Shown: positions 1 to 13,300 of the stretch, piece after piece
How the letters are laid out: the number at the start of each line of letters is the position of its first letter
How positions within the stretch are numbered: position 1 is the stretch's first letter
NCBI GenBank assembly: GCA_051362555.1
Contig: CM120641.1
Span: forward strand, 37,826,401-37,890,400
Length of the DNA: 64,000 nt
Direction: 5' to 3'
From: Lingula anatina
Taxonomy: Eukaryota > Animalia > Brachiopoda
Position numbers and translations under genes: made by a program
Notes under the pieces: model-generated
The model's input: only the letters and a program-made list of their open reading frames with translations
Told to the model about the DNA's origin: nothing
The model's database searches: none

Positions 1-60
1 TATTTGGTTAAATCATTATTTGTAGGAGTGAAGTGACTAAGAAGCAAATCTACAAGAATT

Positions 61-3000
61 ATGGCTGACACAACAATACTGGTGACAAGTGATCACTGGT
101 GCCATCCTTCAGGTTTTATAGTACACTGGAGAATAAACTCTCCTCCTTTGTGCATTTGCTGTGTAGTTGAACTACTGAGCAGTGAAAATGTTCTGCTCAT
201 AAAAAAGAAATTCATAGTTTCAGAATTTCTAGGTGCATTATCAGCCAGACCAAAAGAAATCATCACTTCATTGTGTACAGAATTGAGGCTTGGTGAAAGA
301 CTTTGTGAATGTTTGTTGGGTAAAGTATTTTTAAGTACTGTCAAGCCCATAGCCAGGGATTTCAAAAAGGGAGTTTCTTTTTTTCTAAAAAAAAAGGGAA
401 GCTCTTTCCATGGAATCTTCTTGTGCCAAAATCAAATTTTGCCCAAAGCTGACCTATTCCCCATCAAAAAAGCAGTTTGTTCTAACCCCCCAAACCCTTC
501 CCTGGCTATGGATCTGATTACATTAATTATTTCTATTCCAAATAACCACTTATTTAAATTTCAAGAGTTTAGAGTCAACTTAATTTTAGAAAATTGACTA
601 GCACATGGTTACATTTGTTTTCTATGTTTCTCCATTAGGCAGAAAAAATAATTTTTTTAAAAGATGTAAAGCAAAGCTTTCTCAGTCAATCAAAGGACAG
701 TCAGTTTGTAGATATGCTTTTCACATGTCTGTGACCAGCGGAAATATCATCTTTTGTATTTCCAGGGTTCTTACAAGTTTCTGACAACACTTTTGTCCCA
801 ATTGTAACTGAAGGTAAAGGAACTATGAAGACTTACCAGAAATTATTGCATCTTGGCCTAAGACTGCATTATTTGGTGACAGTGTATGTGATCACAGAAG
901 TCTAGCAATTTTTCTGTATAGTTCTCTTTTTAATCTTAAAAAATAGCATACATAATGTTTTTTGTAACATTTTAATGTTTTTATTAATATTTGTTTTTAT
1001 GTTTTTTTTCAGCTGTGGTACAGTTGACATGTCTTATGCAGTCGGATCAGTTTGTTTGCTTTGTATTGGATCATATCACTCATGAGGTAATCAGATAGCA
1101 ATTTTTGAATTATTTACTTAAAAACTTATTGTAAAAATTATGTGGATTTTCTCCTCTTTCCTAGAATTTCATAAGCACTGTAAAGGCAAATTACCTTAAA
1201 CCGTTAATATTCCAGTAGCAGCTATGATATATATTTATGGTTATGTTTCATCTAGATTTGTAGTTATTGTTTTCATTCTGATATCAATAAGTGTGAATGT
1301 ACCATTCAACTGTCATGAATGAATCCTCCCACATTGGTAATGGCCAAAGTTCCAGATGGGAGAGCAGAGAGCAAGTACACTTTGAAGCTTTTTCTGCAAA
1401 GCAGGAAAACCAAATAAATCATTGTTGGTTATTTTTGCCGGTGGTCTGTTGCATGATAATATAGAAAGCTAGTGATTTAAGTTTCCCATGTGCCAGTACT
1501 ATTCCATGACAGAACACACACAGGGAATATATTTACCTGTTACTAGGCTATGCAAGGCAACTTATTTATTGCAACCATACACAAAAATGGTGTGTTGCGA
1601 TGTGACTATAAAAAGTTTTGATTCAATATTGTAAAAGAATTTTTGTACCAATTAAAACACTATGATATTCACTTATGGCAGACCACAGATATCAGGGCTG
1701 GCCAGAGCATTGCCCTCCATTAATTACATCAACCTTATTTGGGGAGCAAGAAATAGTATCTTCCACCTCTCACTCAGGTGAATATTCTATGGCTGGTGGC
1801 TTTAATGCTTGTTTAATAGAAAGGGAACTGAAGCATGTGATTTTGTTCAAAAGTTGTAGGTTTATGTAATTGAATACCGATTTTTTTGCAAAAGAGTACT
1901 ATTTATGTTTTTCAAAATGATAACATTAATTTTGGTTAATAAAAATGGAAAAATGTTAATTAAAAATCTAGTGCTGATTTGCATAATTAAAGTCAGGCAG
2001 TTTCCTTTTTTTAATTTACGATTTGCTGATCTTGAAAAATTATACTTATTCTAAACTTTACCCTGATAGCACTGCAAGTACTGTGTACATTGCCCATCAT
2101 AACATGGAGATGGTTTGAGTTGCGGAATGCACTTATTTCTAAGCCAGGGGATCTGTTTTGCAGGTTTTGTTTCAAGAATGTTTTGATCTAGTCTTTATGG
2201 TTTACAAACATATTCAAACATGGAATGGATAGGTCTGGCATTATGCTTACGTTTTGAAAAATAGCATTTTTTAGAAAATGACCATTAAAATATATGATTT
2301 TGTTTTCAATTTACCCTCATCAAAATTACAAACATTATCTTGCACCCCATTTCCATAGATTAGATCGACCTACTTTAGATCGACCTAACTCCCTGGGGGT
2401 TCACGCTAAATAGCTGTCAGCCGGGCGGACACGAAAGTTAATTACCCTCTTACAGCTTGTAGTAGGCGGGACGGACATTTAAGTCGGATTATCTGAAAGT
2501 AATCTAGTGAGACTTCCCGCAGGGATAGATCGATCTAAAATCTATGGGAATAGAGCCTTGTTCGCTATCAGTATCAAAACCAATTCAAGAGATTTGATGG
2601 TTTCCATTGGTCTCTTTTGTGTTTTTCAAGCTGATGACAAAGCTAAGTCAGACATTTCTCTAGCATCAGCAGTGGAAACTAGATCAGCAAATTATCTGAT
2701 ACCCCGTTCACACTACGCTCAGTTATCCGGATAAGTTGCGAATTAGGTCACAATTCGAATAAATGCAGTAGTGTGAACGCAAGAGGATTTTGAAAATGCG
2801 CATTTTCAAAATCCTGCAAGCGAGGTGGATTTCTAAGCGCGATCCGGATAACTTACCGGAATCGACACCTGTACAGATCTTACTGCGCATGTGTGCAGAT
2901 AAGTGCGGGTATCTATGAACGCTGGTTTATTACTTTAGAGATTGCACCAAACGTATTTGGCGGTCACCACTCACTACAACATGAGGAAACAAACTTATTT

Positions 3001-4330
3001 TGCCACCTTATACTTCTCAAGAATGGTGGAATGTCTTTTGAGTTGCATTTGTCGTCACAAATTTTTGTTGATATTTTAAGATTTCCTGTGCGGCACATGC
3101 GCGAGTGTTCAAAACAGGAAGTTTAACCTGAAATTTTCAACGTGGGATTCGGATTCGCTTAGCGAGTGTGAACGCAATACCGAATCGGATTCCTTACGAA
3201 AAATCCGAATTATAGAAATGCGCATTTTGGCAACTGTAGTGTGAACGGGGTATGAGATGTCTGTAGCACCTCAGTAATTTTGAAGAAAATTTTGAATTCT
3301 TTAAGCCTCTTAATCGTTATCTTGCAGTATACTAGTGTAGCAGACATGGTGGTCTGCTTGTTCATTACTTTATGCTGGTGATATTTTCCCCTATATACTA
3401 GCATCATTATTTTGGGCTAACCGGTACTACTCATATATGGACCCCAGACAACCATTCCTAGTATTTGTACCACCATGCATTTCTGTCTCACACACACACA
3501 CAACCCAGACAAGGTTTTCAGAGAAAGCCCAGTTTGTGGTATATACCCAGGTCTGTTCATCAAAAAAGTGATTATTTTAACAGGCAGTACAGCATCAGTT
3601 TCCCCTGCACCAGTTATAAGGATAGGTCAGGTCACTAAAATACCTGAGAGCATGTGAAAACACACTCCACACGCACCTAACACCTTGGTGCCCAGCAGTA
3701 GGTCATTATTAAATCTTTTTTTCAACACAAACTTTTAAGGTGAATGGGATTGATAAAAATGAAGTTTATATGACTGGCTTAAGAGTATGACTAATCATTT
3801 CAATTTTACACTATTGAAGTTGTTATGGACATTGTTATGGTTAGTAGTTCAGGTTAATTTTGTATGGTATTTGATAATTGATGTGATTGTGTGGATAGGG
3901 TGAACTTGAAGAACTTAACATTGCTTGATGGAATCTAATGAGACTAAAAAAATCACGGATAAAAAAAAAATAATTATGAATTTTTGAGTATTTTCATGGG
4001 ATTATGATGTTATATCTGTTTTGTGTATATAACCATTCATAGTTTAATCAATATAAGATTGCATAACACATTCCAAAGAAAGAAACTGCAAAAGTTAAAA
4101 CTTCATCCTAAAAGGAGGGATTGCTTTGAACACTTATGGTTAAACATAAGTAAGACAATGTTGTTGACTAAGGTGACATTGGTTTCCTGTGGTATGCTGA
4201 CCTCTTACTATTAATCAATTGACATAATTCTGTTGACATGAGTAAATGTGAGTAAAGTATTAGTCACCCAAAATTTCTATAGATAATATGTAGTTACCTG
4301 TCTAATGCTGTTGTGAAAAGATACAAATTA

Positions 4331-4384
<54 letters not shown>

Positions 4385-7300
4385 GTGTTGTTGTTGGTAA
4401 TTTATTTAAAGATAGAGGTATAAAGATGATTTTAGGATTAATTTAGGCACAGTTTGCGAAGGACATTTGAAGGAAACCTGTGGGGATGTTTCCTCAGACA
4501 TTTCAGAAATGACCAATAAAATGTGTGTATGCTGAGTTACATAATATGTAAAGGACTGTGTTAAGCACTCATAGTGTTGTAAATAAAGCAAATAAAGACT
4601 GATATAGGCAGGTAGTGTGCTTACATATTGTGTAAGGTGTCCATGAGTTGAGCAGAGTTAATAAGGATCACTTGAGCCCTCTGTGGACTGGAAATTGTAT
4701 TTATTCTAAATCCTACCTTTAATCCTCAATGAACTGAGGCCCACTTGAGTTGCCTGGGGATCAAATCACTTGGGCAGCATCGAAAACATTATAAACTGTC
4801 CTGCTTTAATTAAGTGATAGAAAAGTGAACTTATGATGTCAAGGGATAAACTAAAAGTATTTGAGGTTTTGTTATTGAGACATCACTTCTAAGAGATATA
4901 GTTACTTCAATATCAGGTTGATAAAATTTTTGTTTTCCTTTTTTTCCTTCACAGAGCAAACAAACAGAAGATGTCAAACTCTCAGAAGATGTCAAACTTG
5001 CATAATTTGCATTTTATTTTCAGTATATCATGTTTTACTTGAAGTCTTAAGAAAAGGGCCTATCACATTATTTTAAAAAAGTCTTTAGCAATACTATAAA
5101 TATTAATCATATTTTCATCTGTTATTTTTCTTTCTAGCTTGTCATGCTTTTTTAATTTATTTTTTTCAAGAGAGTTTGAAACACATTACATAAAGTTTCA
5201 CTGGAGACAGCTTACTGAACACCTGGCTAATTATACATAGAGAGGTGCAGACATTTCCCAAGATAAGAAATAAAACCTGTTAAGTGACTGCTCCCTTGTC
5301 AGATAGTGCAATATTGCACCAGCGTCATTGGTTTAAGTTTAATGCCACCTCTCTCTCTCTCTCTGTCTCTCTCTCTCTCTCTCTCAATCAAATTTGATTT
5401 TTGGTTGCTTTTCTCTCTCTCTCTCTCTCTCTCTCAGTCAAATTTGATTTTTGGTTGCTTTTTGTTTGTAATCAGCAGTCAGAAACCCTAGAGTCTTTAT
5501 TCAGAGATGGAGATGATGTTGTTTTGAGATGTTTCTGGTGTAGCATAGTTAACCCCCAGTTAAGGCCTGTAGTCTGTACAAGGGATATACCTTTAACTGG
5601 AATAGGGAGGTATTTTTCCACCTGCTCACAATTTTGCTGCCTCAGACATGAATTTCAGCAAATTTTCCTGCTGAGTTTTTACCTGTTTTTTGTTTATTTC
5701 TTTTACAGCGGACAGTGCACTTGCTGGGAAGACTCAAATTCCACACTGTTGGATTTTCTTTTTGTACGAACCATAATATTGCTGCCATGTAGTTCAAATC
5801 GTAAATTCATTTTGTTGTGATTTAAGATCATGCAGGAGCTTTCAATTGGTTCAATAGAGTATCAAGTTTCAGTATAAAGTTTTTCTTTCATGTACATGGA
5901 AGATAGTTTCTGACATTTTCACAGTGTCTTGAGCTTCAGGTACAATGTTTCCCAGTTTCATCATTTTCAAATCTACATATGGCACATTTATTGGATTTTG
6001 ACCATCATCTTTGTATGTGATTTAAACTACCATGCCTTCTCAAACAGCATTTGGCTGTCTGATATTGTGAACATGTGATTTAATTAACAGAATTGATGTA
6101 TGCAGTAAACTTTAATGAAACACGCAAAAATTTGGACACAAGTGGGAAATTTGAAAATAGAATGTTAGGTTCTGAAACCCAGACTCTTTGTAGGGTATAG
6201 TCTGAGATAATTTTTAGGCCTATACCTAGCCATCCCTGATAGATATGTGTTCATTTTAACTATTGCATGGGTGGTATTTTTTATTTGATATTAACTTTTT
6301 TATATAACTGTGAAAATGTTTGAAGTGCACATATTTGTCAGTGTTTATATCTATTTTAGCTAATGCATTTTATAATTATATTTTAATAATGCCATTATAC
6401 TATTACTGAATATTGAATAGATCAAACAGTTTTAACTGTTATTAATAATGTAGTAATTTTTTTTTTTAATTGCCATGTTGATTTTCATGCTGTGCGTATT
6501 TTGAGTAACATTGATATCTATAAAAATATATAAAAAGACCATACTATAATGTTACATGTAGATATTATGTAGCAAGGCAAAGAATACAGCATTGAGCAAA
6601 CGTGAACTTTTCCTTCACCTGGTTCAGTGTGACCATGTGGAGTTTATTTCTCTCCTCACCCAGTGAAAGGTGTAGAGTGCAAAAACAACTGTCCAAACAC
6701 ACTACATTTGGACCCAGTCAGTTGTGATCAAAGATCAGAATTATGGGCAATTTACAGCGCTTAATCTCTGGAAGCGTAACTTACGTAATTTATTTAACTG
6801 AATCATCATCCCGTTAAATGTAAAAGGAAAAGAAAAAATTCACTATAATTATTACTTTATTTTCTTTTTTTTCTTACTCTCATTCATATAACTGCCTCAA
6901 TATTCTTGTGTTATTTATTTTAGCATTTGAGGCTGTGCAATTACAAGAAAAGCTTAGTGGCTTTTAACATTGTGGGAAGACTCCTAGAGAAAATTGCCCC
7001 CCTTGCCAGACAGCTTGTCCTACACTGGGGTAAGGATTTTCATTTATTATTCTTAAGATCTTCAGTGTTCTTCCTTGTATGTTTTATTTTCATTTTACTC
7101 TATGAGATCCATTTGACTTCATCAAGGAAAAGAAACTTGGATTGTTTATAGTTTTATATCATTTTAGATCAGTACATCCACACCTTTAAATTTGAAACCA
7201 ACATTTTATGTTTCAGTTTTCACATGAAATTCATTATGATAGTTTGATGTATAAATGAACATGGATATTAAATATGGCAAAATTCTTTACAAAAACTAGA

Positions 7301-9906
7301 AAAGTAATTGTGAGGAGACTGCAGGTCACAGCCAAAGTTGTTCAAATCTCAATACTATTAATTCATTTATTTACTGATTAATGGATCACTACCAAAATGT
7401 AATCCCATTACTATTAAATCATTTATTTACTAATTAATGGATTACTACCAAAATCTAATCTTTTTTAAGCCAACCCATTTCTGATCTATCCTAAAACATG
7501 ATCAAAATAGAAATCAACAAAGACAAAAACAATTTCCATGGCAGAGGTATCGAGCAATCTCAATCCCCATTGTGGAGGAGGAGGGGGAAGCAAATTAAGA
7601 TGGAGACCTTAGAAATAGATCATATGAAGGGAATATATCTAAGAATTTCCTGGCTTGCTGTACATGATACTTGATCTGGTGCCTGGTTAAGGTATCGGAG
7701 TTTTTCCAGGGGAAACCTACAGCCATCAGACCGTCTGACCTGTGTCAGTTTTATCCTGTTTTATCACCTGCTTCACAAGTGAGCGTCTACCTGGAATTTG
7801 ATGAGGGTCAGCTCAAGAATGGGGAAGAACTTCCTAAAGCAATTATATTTGTTGACTGACATGCCTCCATTCTAAGCTTAATAATTGGTCTGAATATTAC
7901 ACCTAAAAGATGCACATGCAGCGATAATGCATGCAGTGCACAGATTGAATGAAGCTGATATCTTTTTTCATGACCTAGTTATATTTTTTGGTAATTTACC
8001 ATTTTATAAGATAGATGATGTACACTCTGCAGATGATGAGCTTTGGCCATTACCATGGAAATGTTTTCATCAGTTCAGTCCCAATCAAAGTGGTCCAGTT
8101 TTATTTGTAGTAACATAAATCAAAAGTCAGAAATTGATAGAATTTGTAGAAACATTTACTTTATCAACCTCAAATTTTGAAATCTATCAAAACAAATGGT
8201 ATATGTCCCCTAACCCAATAAACTATACAGGGATCATTTTCTCTGTGAATATGCTATCTTTATCTTTGTTTGCTTAAGTGCAGTTGAATCCCTATTTTTT
8301 CACCCCATACTGCAGACATCAGTGAAGAGAAACCACATACATGTAGTTTCAATACAGAGTCTACTCTCCTATCTCAACTGACAGAAGCTGGTTAATTGCA
8401 ACCCTCTGTAATCCAACGCTAGTTGTCTGTAACCCAGAAAATATTCTCACTAGTAGTTAATCCATCAAAAAGGGCTTTCATTGGTGGGGTCAGGTGAAGA
8501 TTTGTGAAAACCACTGGAGAAAATTGAGAAATATAAATTGAACTGCCTCAGTAGAACCAGTTTCCTCCCACCCGCAAAATAATTTTTCACAAGTGCTATT
8601 TATAGCCTATTTACTTATGCCTGTTCATCCAAAATCAAAATATTCAGAAGTACTTGTCTTCTTTCCACCTCTCTAACAGTGTGGAGCCTGCTGTGAGAGC
8701 TGTGCTCATGTTACAAGAGGTGAGAGGCTGGCAGTAGGTCTCTCCTTCTAGGGAAATAACACAAAGCTAGGGTAAAAAATGGAAATGCTCTGGAGTTTCC
8801 GACACCTCAGGTTAATCATGGCTGTAGATTTGTTCTCATTTGTTGAATAACACATGTCCAGCAGGGAACTTTTACATAATCTCAAAGAAAGGAAGTTTCT
8901 TTTTGTAATTAAAATACTGTTTATTGTAAGAACTAATCTGCCCTTTCCTGTAGCCTCTTTGAGAAATAGATCCTGTTCAAAATTCTGGAGGATTTCCTGC
9001 AGTCCAGGTGCATCTTCTCAGTGTGGATGTATTCCTAGAAATCTCTCAATACAGTGTATTCTCTGATCTCTTCTCACCTGTCTAACACCAACATAGACGC
9101 ACACCTTGGGGATACAGCTATTATTATTTAATTATTCCCTTCCTTCCTATATTTAAAGCTGTCTGATGCTGTCAAAAATTAGCAGATTTATTTAGCTGTT
9201 GCAGAGCCTCTCTTTTTCAAATAATGAACAAATTACTTCCCTTAAGTGTATTTTATGTTGTTGTGCAGTTATCTTTGCGTGGATGACGTTACAAACTTCA
9301 AAAAGATTTTCAGAAAAAAAGAGCTAGTATTTATAAACAGAAGAATGGGACTTTGGAATGAAGTTATGCAATATGATAACAAGCCTGCCTCTGTGGTTAT
9401 GTCTGGTACCTTTGAAATATGGTGAAAACCTGTGTGTTTAACTTGATTTAAGTACAATAACCCCAGTGCACATGCAGTCCACATATCTCAAGACATGGTT
9501 GTGCCATGTATGCATTAAGCATGATTGCCTTAAATTACAAGTTATTACAAACACTGTCAAGATGCAGTGTATAAGGTGATGCTGGTCTGGACTTTAAAAA
9601 TGTAAGAATCATTGATGTATGTCTTACATGCCCAAGTATCATAAAACCATTGAATGACCATGTAGATACGTATATTATTGGTAATTAAAGCATAGTGCTT
9701 CTTGTCTGAAATTGGAATAAATAGGGAAAAAAAAGAAACGAAAACAGATGGTGGCTCTCTAGGCCTGCCAGAAGGAACCACAATTTGCGTTGGTAAACAT
9801 TTTACAAAGCCAGCAGAAGCTCAGACGCATTTCATTGAAGGAGGGGCACGTGTTATATGTCATTGGTGTTTATGTTGCTATAAGAGAGCCCTTAATTCAT
9901 TTTCTC

Positions 9907-9938
<32 letters not shown>

Positions 9939-10300
9939 CTCTCTCTCTCTCTTTCTCTCTCTGACCGTGTGGGTGCGTGGATGCATCATTCACATATTTA
10001 TTCCTGGACATGATTCTTAGCTTTGAATTATCATCATCCCGTTTATCAGATTGAATTATCATCATCCCATTTATCAGATTAAAATGAATCTTTCTTGCAA
10101 GAGCTCTTTTTATCCCATGAAACTTCAGCCTGCCACCCTTACCTAAGTAAGCTTATTTAAAGGTTTATCTTTAATTGAGTTAAAAAAAATAGTTAACTTT
10201 GAAATGATCAGGATGCTCTTAAGCTCACAAAAATAAAAAAAAAACTTGACAGCCACTTGACCCAATTTTTTTGTGTGAGAGACAAGTTGTTTTCTTTCAT

Positions 10301-10335
<35 letters not shown>

Positions 10336-13300
10336 TAGACAAAACTGTTTTAAAAAGGTAAGACAAACCTGAGGATTATCTAAAATGGGCCTCTAGACCA
10401 ATGTTATGTATTTCATATTCTAGGATCATTTCTGGACTACATGGTATCAGGGCTGAAGTATCCAGATGAGACAGTACAGTCTAGTCTCTTCTTCATTCTT
10501 ATCAAATTGTTCAAAGAGGAAGATCAAGAAAGTGTCATTCCAGTCAACATCAGTGAACAGATAGCACAGGATGTGATGTGTGTTATTGCCAGGTCTAATT
10601 CTGATTGCCTGCTCATCAATGCATTAGGTATGGTACATATATATCATTTAGAAGATTCTTTAGTGCACATGACACACTCCAATGTTTTTGACCAAATTGG
10701 TTTCAGATTACGAAGGTGGAAAAGTTATTCCAACGCTGACCAAAAAAAAAAAAAAAGAAGAAATGTATGCTGAATGGATTATCAGTTAACTGGAGCATCT
10801 GTTTTTAAACTTGCCTCACCCATCCCTACAATGTTTATTTGGACTGCGCTTCCCTAAAAACTTTGGTTTATCACTCCCAGCAATGCATTTTGTTTGCATT
10901 CACAAAAACCATTTTTCGTCAGAATAAGGAATTGTGTGTTCAGTCTTATTTTCAAAACTTCTACGTAAATGCAATGGAACAGGTGGTATATTTCTTAAGA
11001 TAGGGGATGGGTTGACAGCTGTAAGCTCAGTTATGTAGAGAATTTAGCCATATTTGGCAAGTAATATCTTTAGTTGCTATACTGCGCATAGAGCATCACA
11101 ATCATTGCTGTTGGGGTGTGCTGTAAGATAGGATGTAGACAAAAACACAATCTTGGCTGACACAGGGTAGAGAAAACACAATCTTGTTTGTTTGGATGTG
11201 TTCTAAGAAGGAATTTAGATAAAAGCACATTCAAAACTACTTGGTTGTGCTCTGTGCATCCACACAACTGTGATTGTGTTGCACTGGGGTGGTTTAATTT
11301 TAAAGTGCACATCCAAACACAATTGGTGTCTTTTCCTGTTTCTCACAACTTAACTACTTGTGCAGGTTTAGTGGTTTATTCTTATTAGTCCAAGAAATTG
11401 GTGCAGAAAAAAGGGTGAATTGTGCGTTTTTTACCTACAAGCATGAAATTTGCCACAGTTGTAGATAATGGAATTCTAAGCTTTTTTGGATATATGGGCA
11501 TGTCTGAAAATTCCAGTATGGCCGCCAAATCCAATATGGCCACCACAAATACTCTTTTAAATTAAAACATCTAATATATAGTCCTAAAATGGTTTAGAAT
11601 ATCATTTTATAGCTGGAAAATATCATGCTATGAATGAATTATCAATATCCACTTCTACAGGTGTATAGAATTCCAAAATGGCCTCCAAAAGTAAAATAAG
11701 CAGTTTACTTACGCAAAATATGCAGCAGTTTTGTAAAATCATCAAGCACTTACAATTACAAGCATAAAAATCGGCACAATTATGTAGAACATGATTCTAA
11801 GCAACGTTGGATATAGGGGCATGTCTGAAAATTCCAATATGGCAGCCAATTTCAATATTGCCCACAAAATACCCTTTCAAGGTGAAAGTTATTTGTATAG
11901 TCTTTTATAAAAATATCATTTAATGGTTAGAAAATACCATTGTATGTATGAAGTATCAGTATCTGCCACTTAAGGTTTTAAAATTCCAAAATGGCCTCCA
12001 AAAGTCAGCAGACCACAACTATTGAATTGTAATCACTCGGGAATAGGCATGTGGGCTTTGCAAACTGCCTGTATAATCAGCATATTCCTACCTGTGCAGG
12101 AGCTATTCTACAGAGTTTAAAAAAAAAAACCATCAAGCATGATACATTTATTATGTACTGAAAAAAGTCCTTCTTTTGATAAACCAACATAAGTAGTTTG
12201 ACTTTTTGCTCTGGATTCTCATTTAGATCAATTCCCAGTTAGCAATCTTCTTATATGGCACTCATGAGTGACTCCCCCTTTCTAAGAAAAAAAGTATCGT
12301 GCAAAATCCATAAAATGTGAAAGAAACACCAGAATAATTTAGCCTTAAAGAGGCAAATATAAAAAACTTGGGGTGTACCAATTTTGTCTGTTGGTTATGA
12401 CAGCTAATCAAACATACAGGTCTCAACAATTTGGTGTTTTTCATTGGTAAAGTACTAAAAGTGGGGCACATTTGCACTCGATAATGTTATGATGTTATCT
12501 TGTGCTTCAAAAGTAAATTAGAAAAGCTTCTTATTTAAAAAATTGGCTTTAGTACATTCGCAGTAATGGCTATCGAGAATTTAGTGAAAATTTATGAGCA
12601 AAGAAATACCTGTACCCCAAACAGAGGGCAGGTGTTGATACGTGCTGTATCCAAGAGTTGCATTGCAGACTTCACACTTCGTGCACTAAAAAAGAAGCAC
12701 TGATCTATAGGCGCCAAACTTTGGTTTTCATTTGATCATTTGGCAACTTGTTTAGTTACAAACTTATACTTTCAAAAAACTGAACATGAAAATAAAAGAA
12801 TTAAAATCCTCCAGACAGTTAATACATACAAAACTTCAAAAAACGATGTATTCTGAGGATAACACCAAGAAATTAGTGCAATATGGACTTTGAAAGGTAA
12901 AAATTCATGAGATTTCCGGCATCATTGTCTCTGTGGGACAATCCAGAATGAAGCCATGAGGAGTATTCACTTACCCAGCTTACAAAATCTACCAGGTAGC
13001 TCCTACCACATCTGTTTGTAGTTATGTGTGCAGTTGCTAACTGTGGTGAGGGGAGTCAGAAGCATTGGAAGACTGGTGCTATAAGGGATCACACTAGTAA
13101 CCTACATCTACTAATATGCCCTTCCACACTTTCATGTTCCTATGGACCGTCTGTAAACTGAGTCAGAAGCATTGGAAGACTGGTCCTATAAGGGTTCACA
13201 CTAGTAACCTACATCTACTACTATGCCCTACCACACTTTCATATTCCTATGGACCGTCTGTAAACTGAGTCAGAAGCATTGGAAGACTGGTCCTATAAGG

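Noticed and set aside
320-597. C-terminal half of the 178-aa ORF 61-597
   Set aside because: MEI1 similarity stops at the G|GTAAAG donor at 319/320 and continues in exon 766-813; the remainder is intron read-through.
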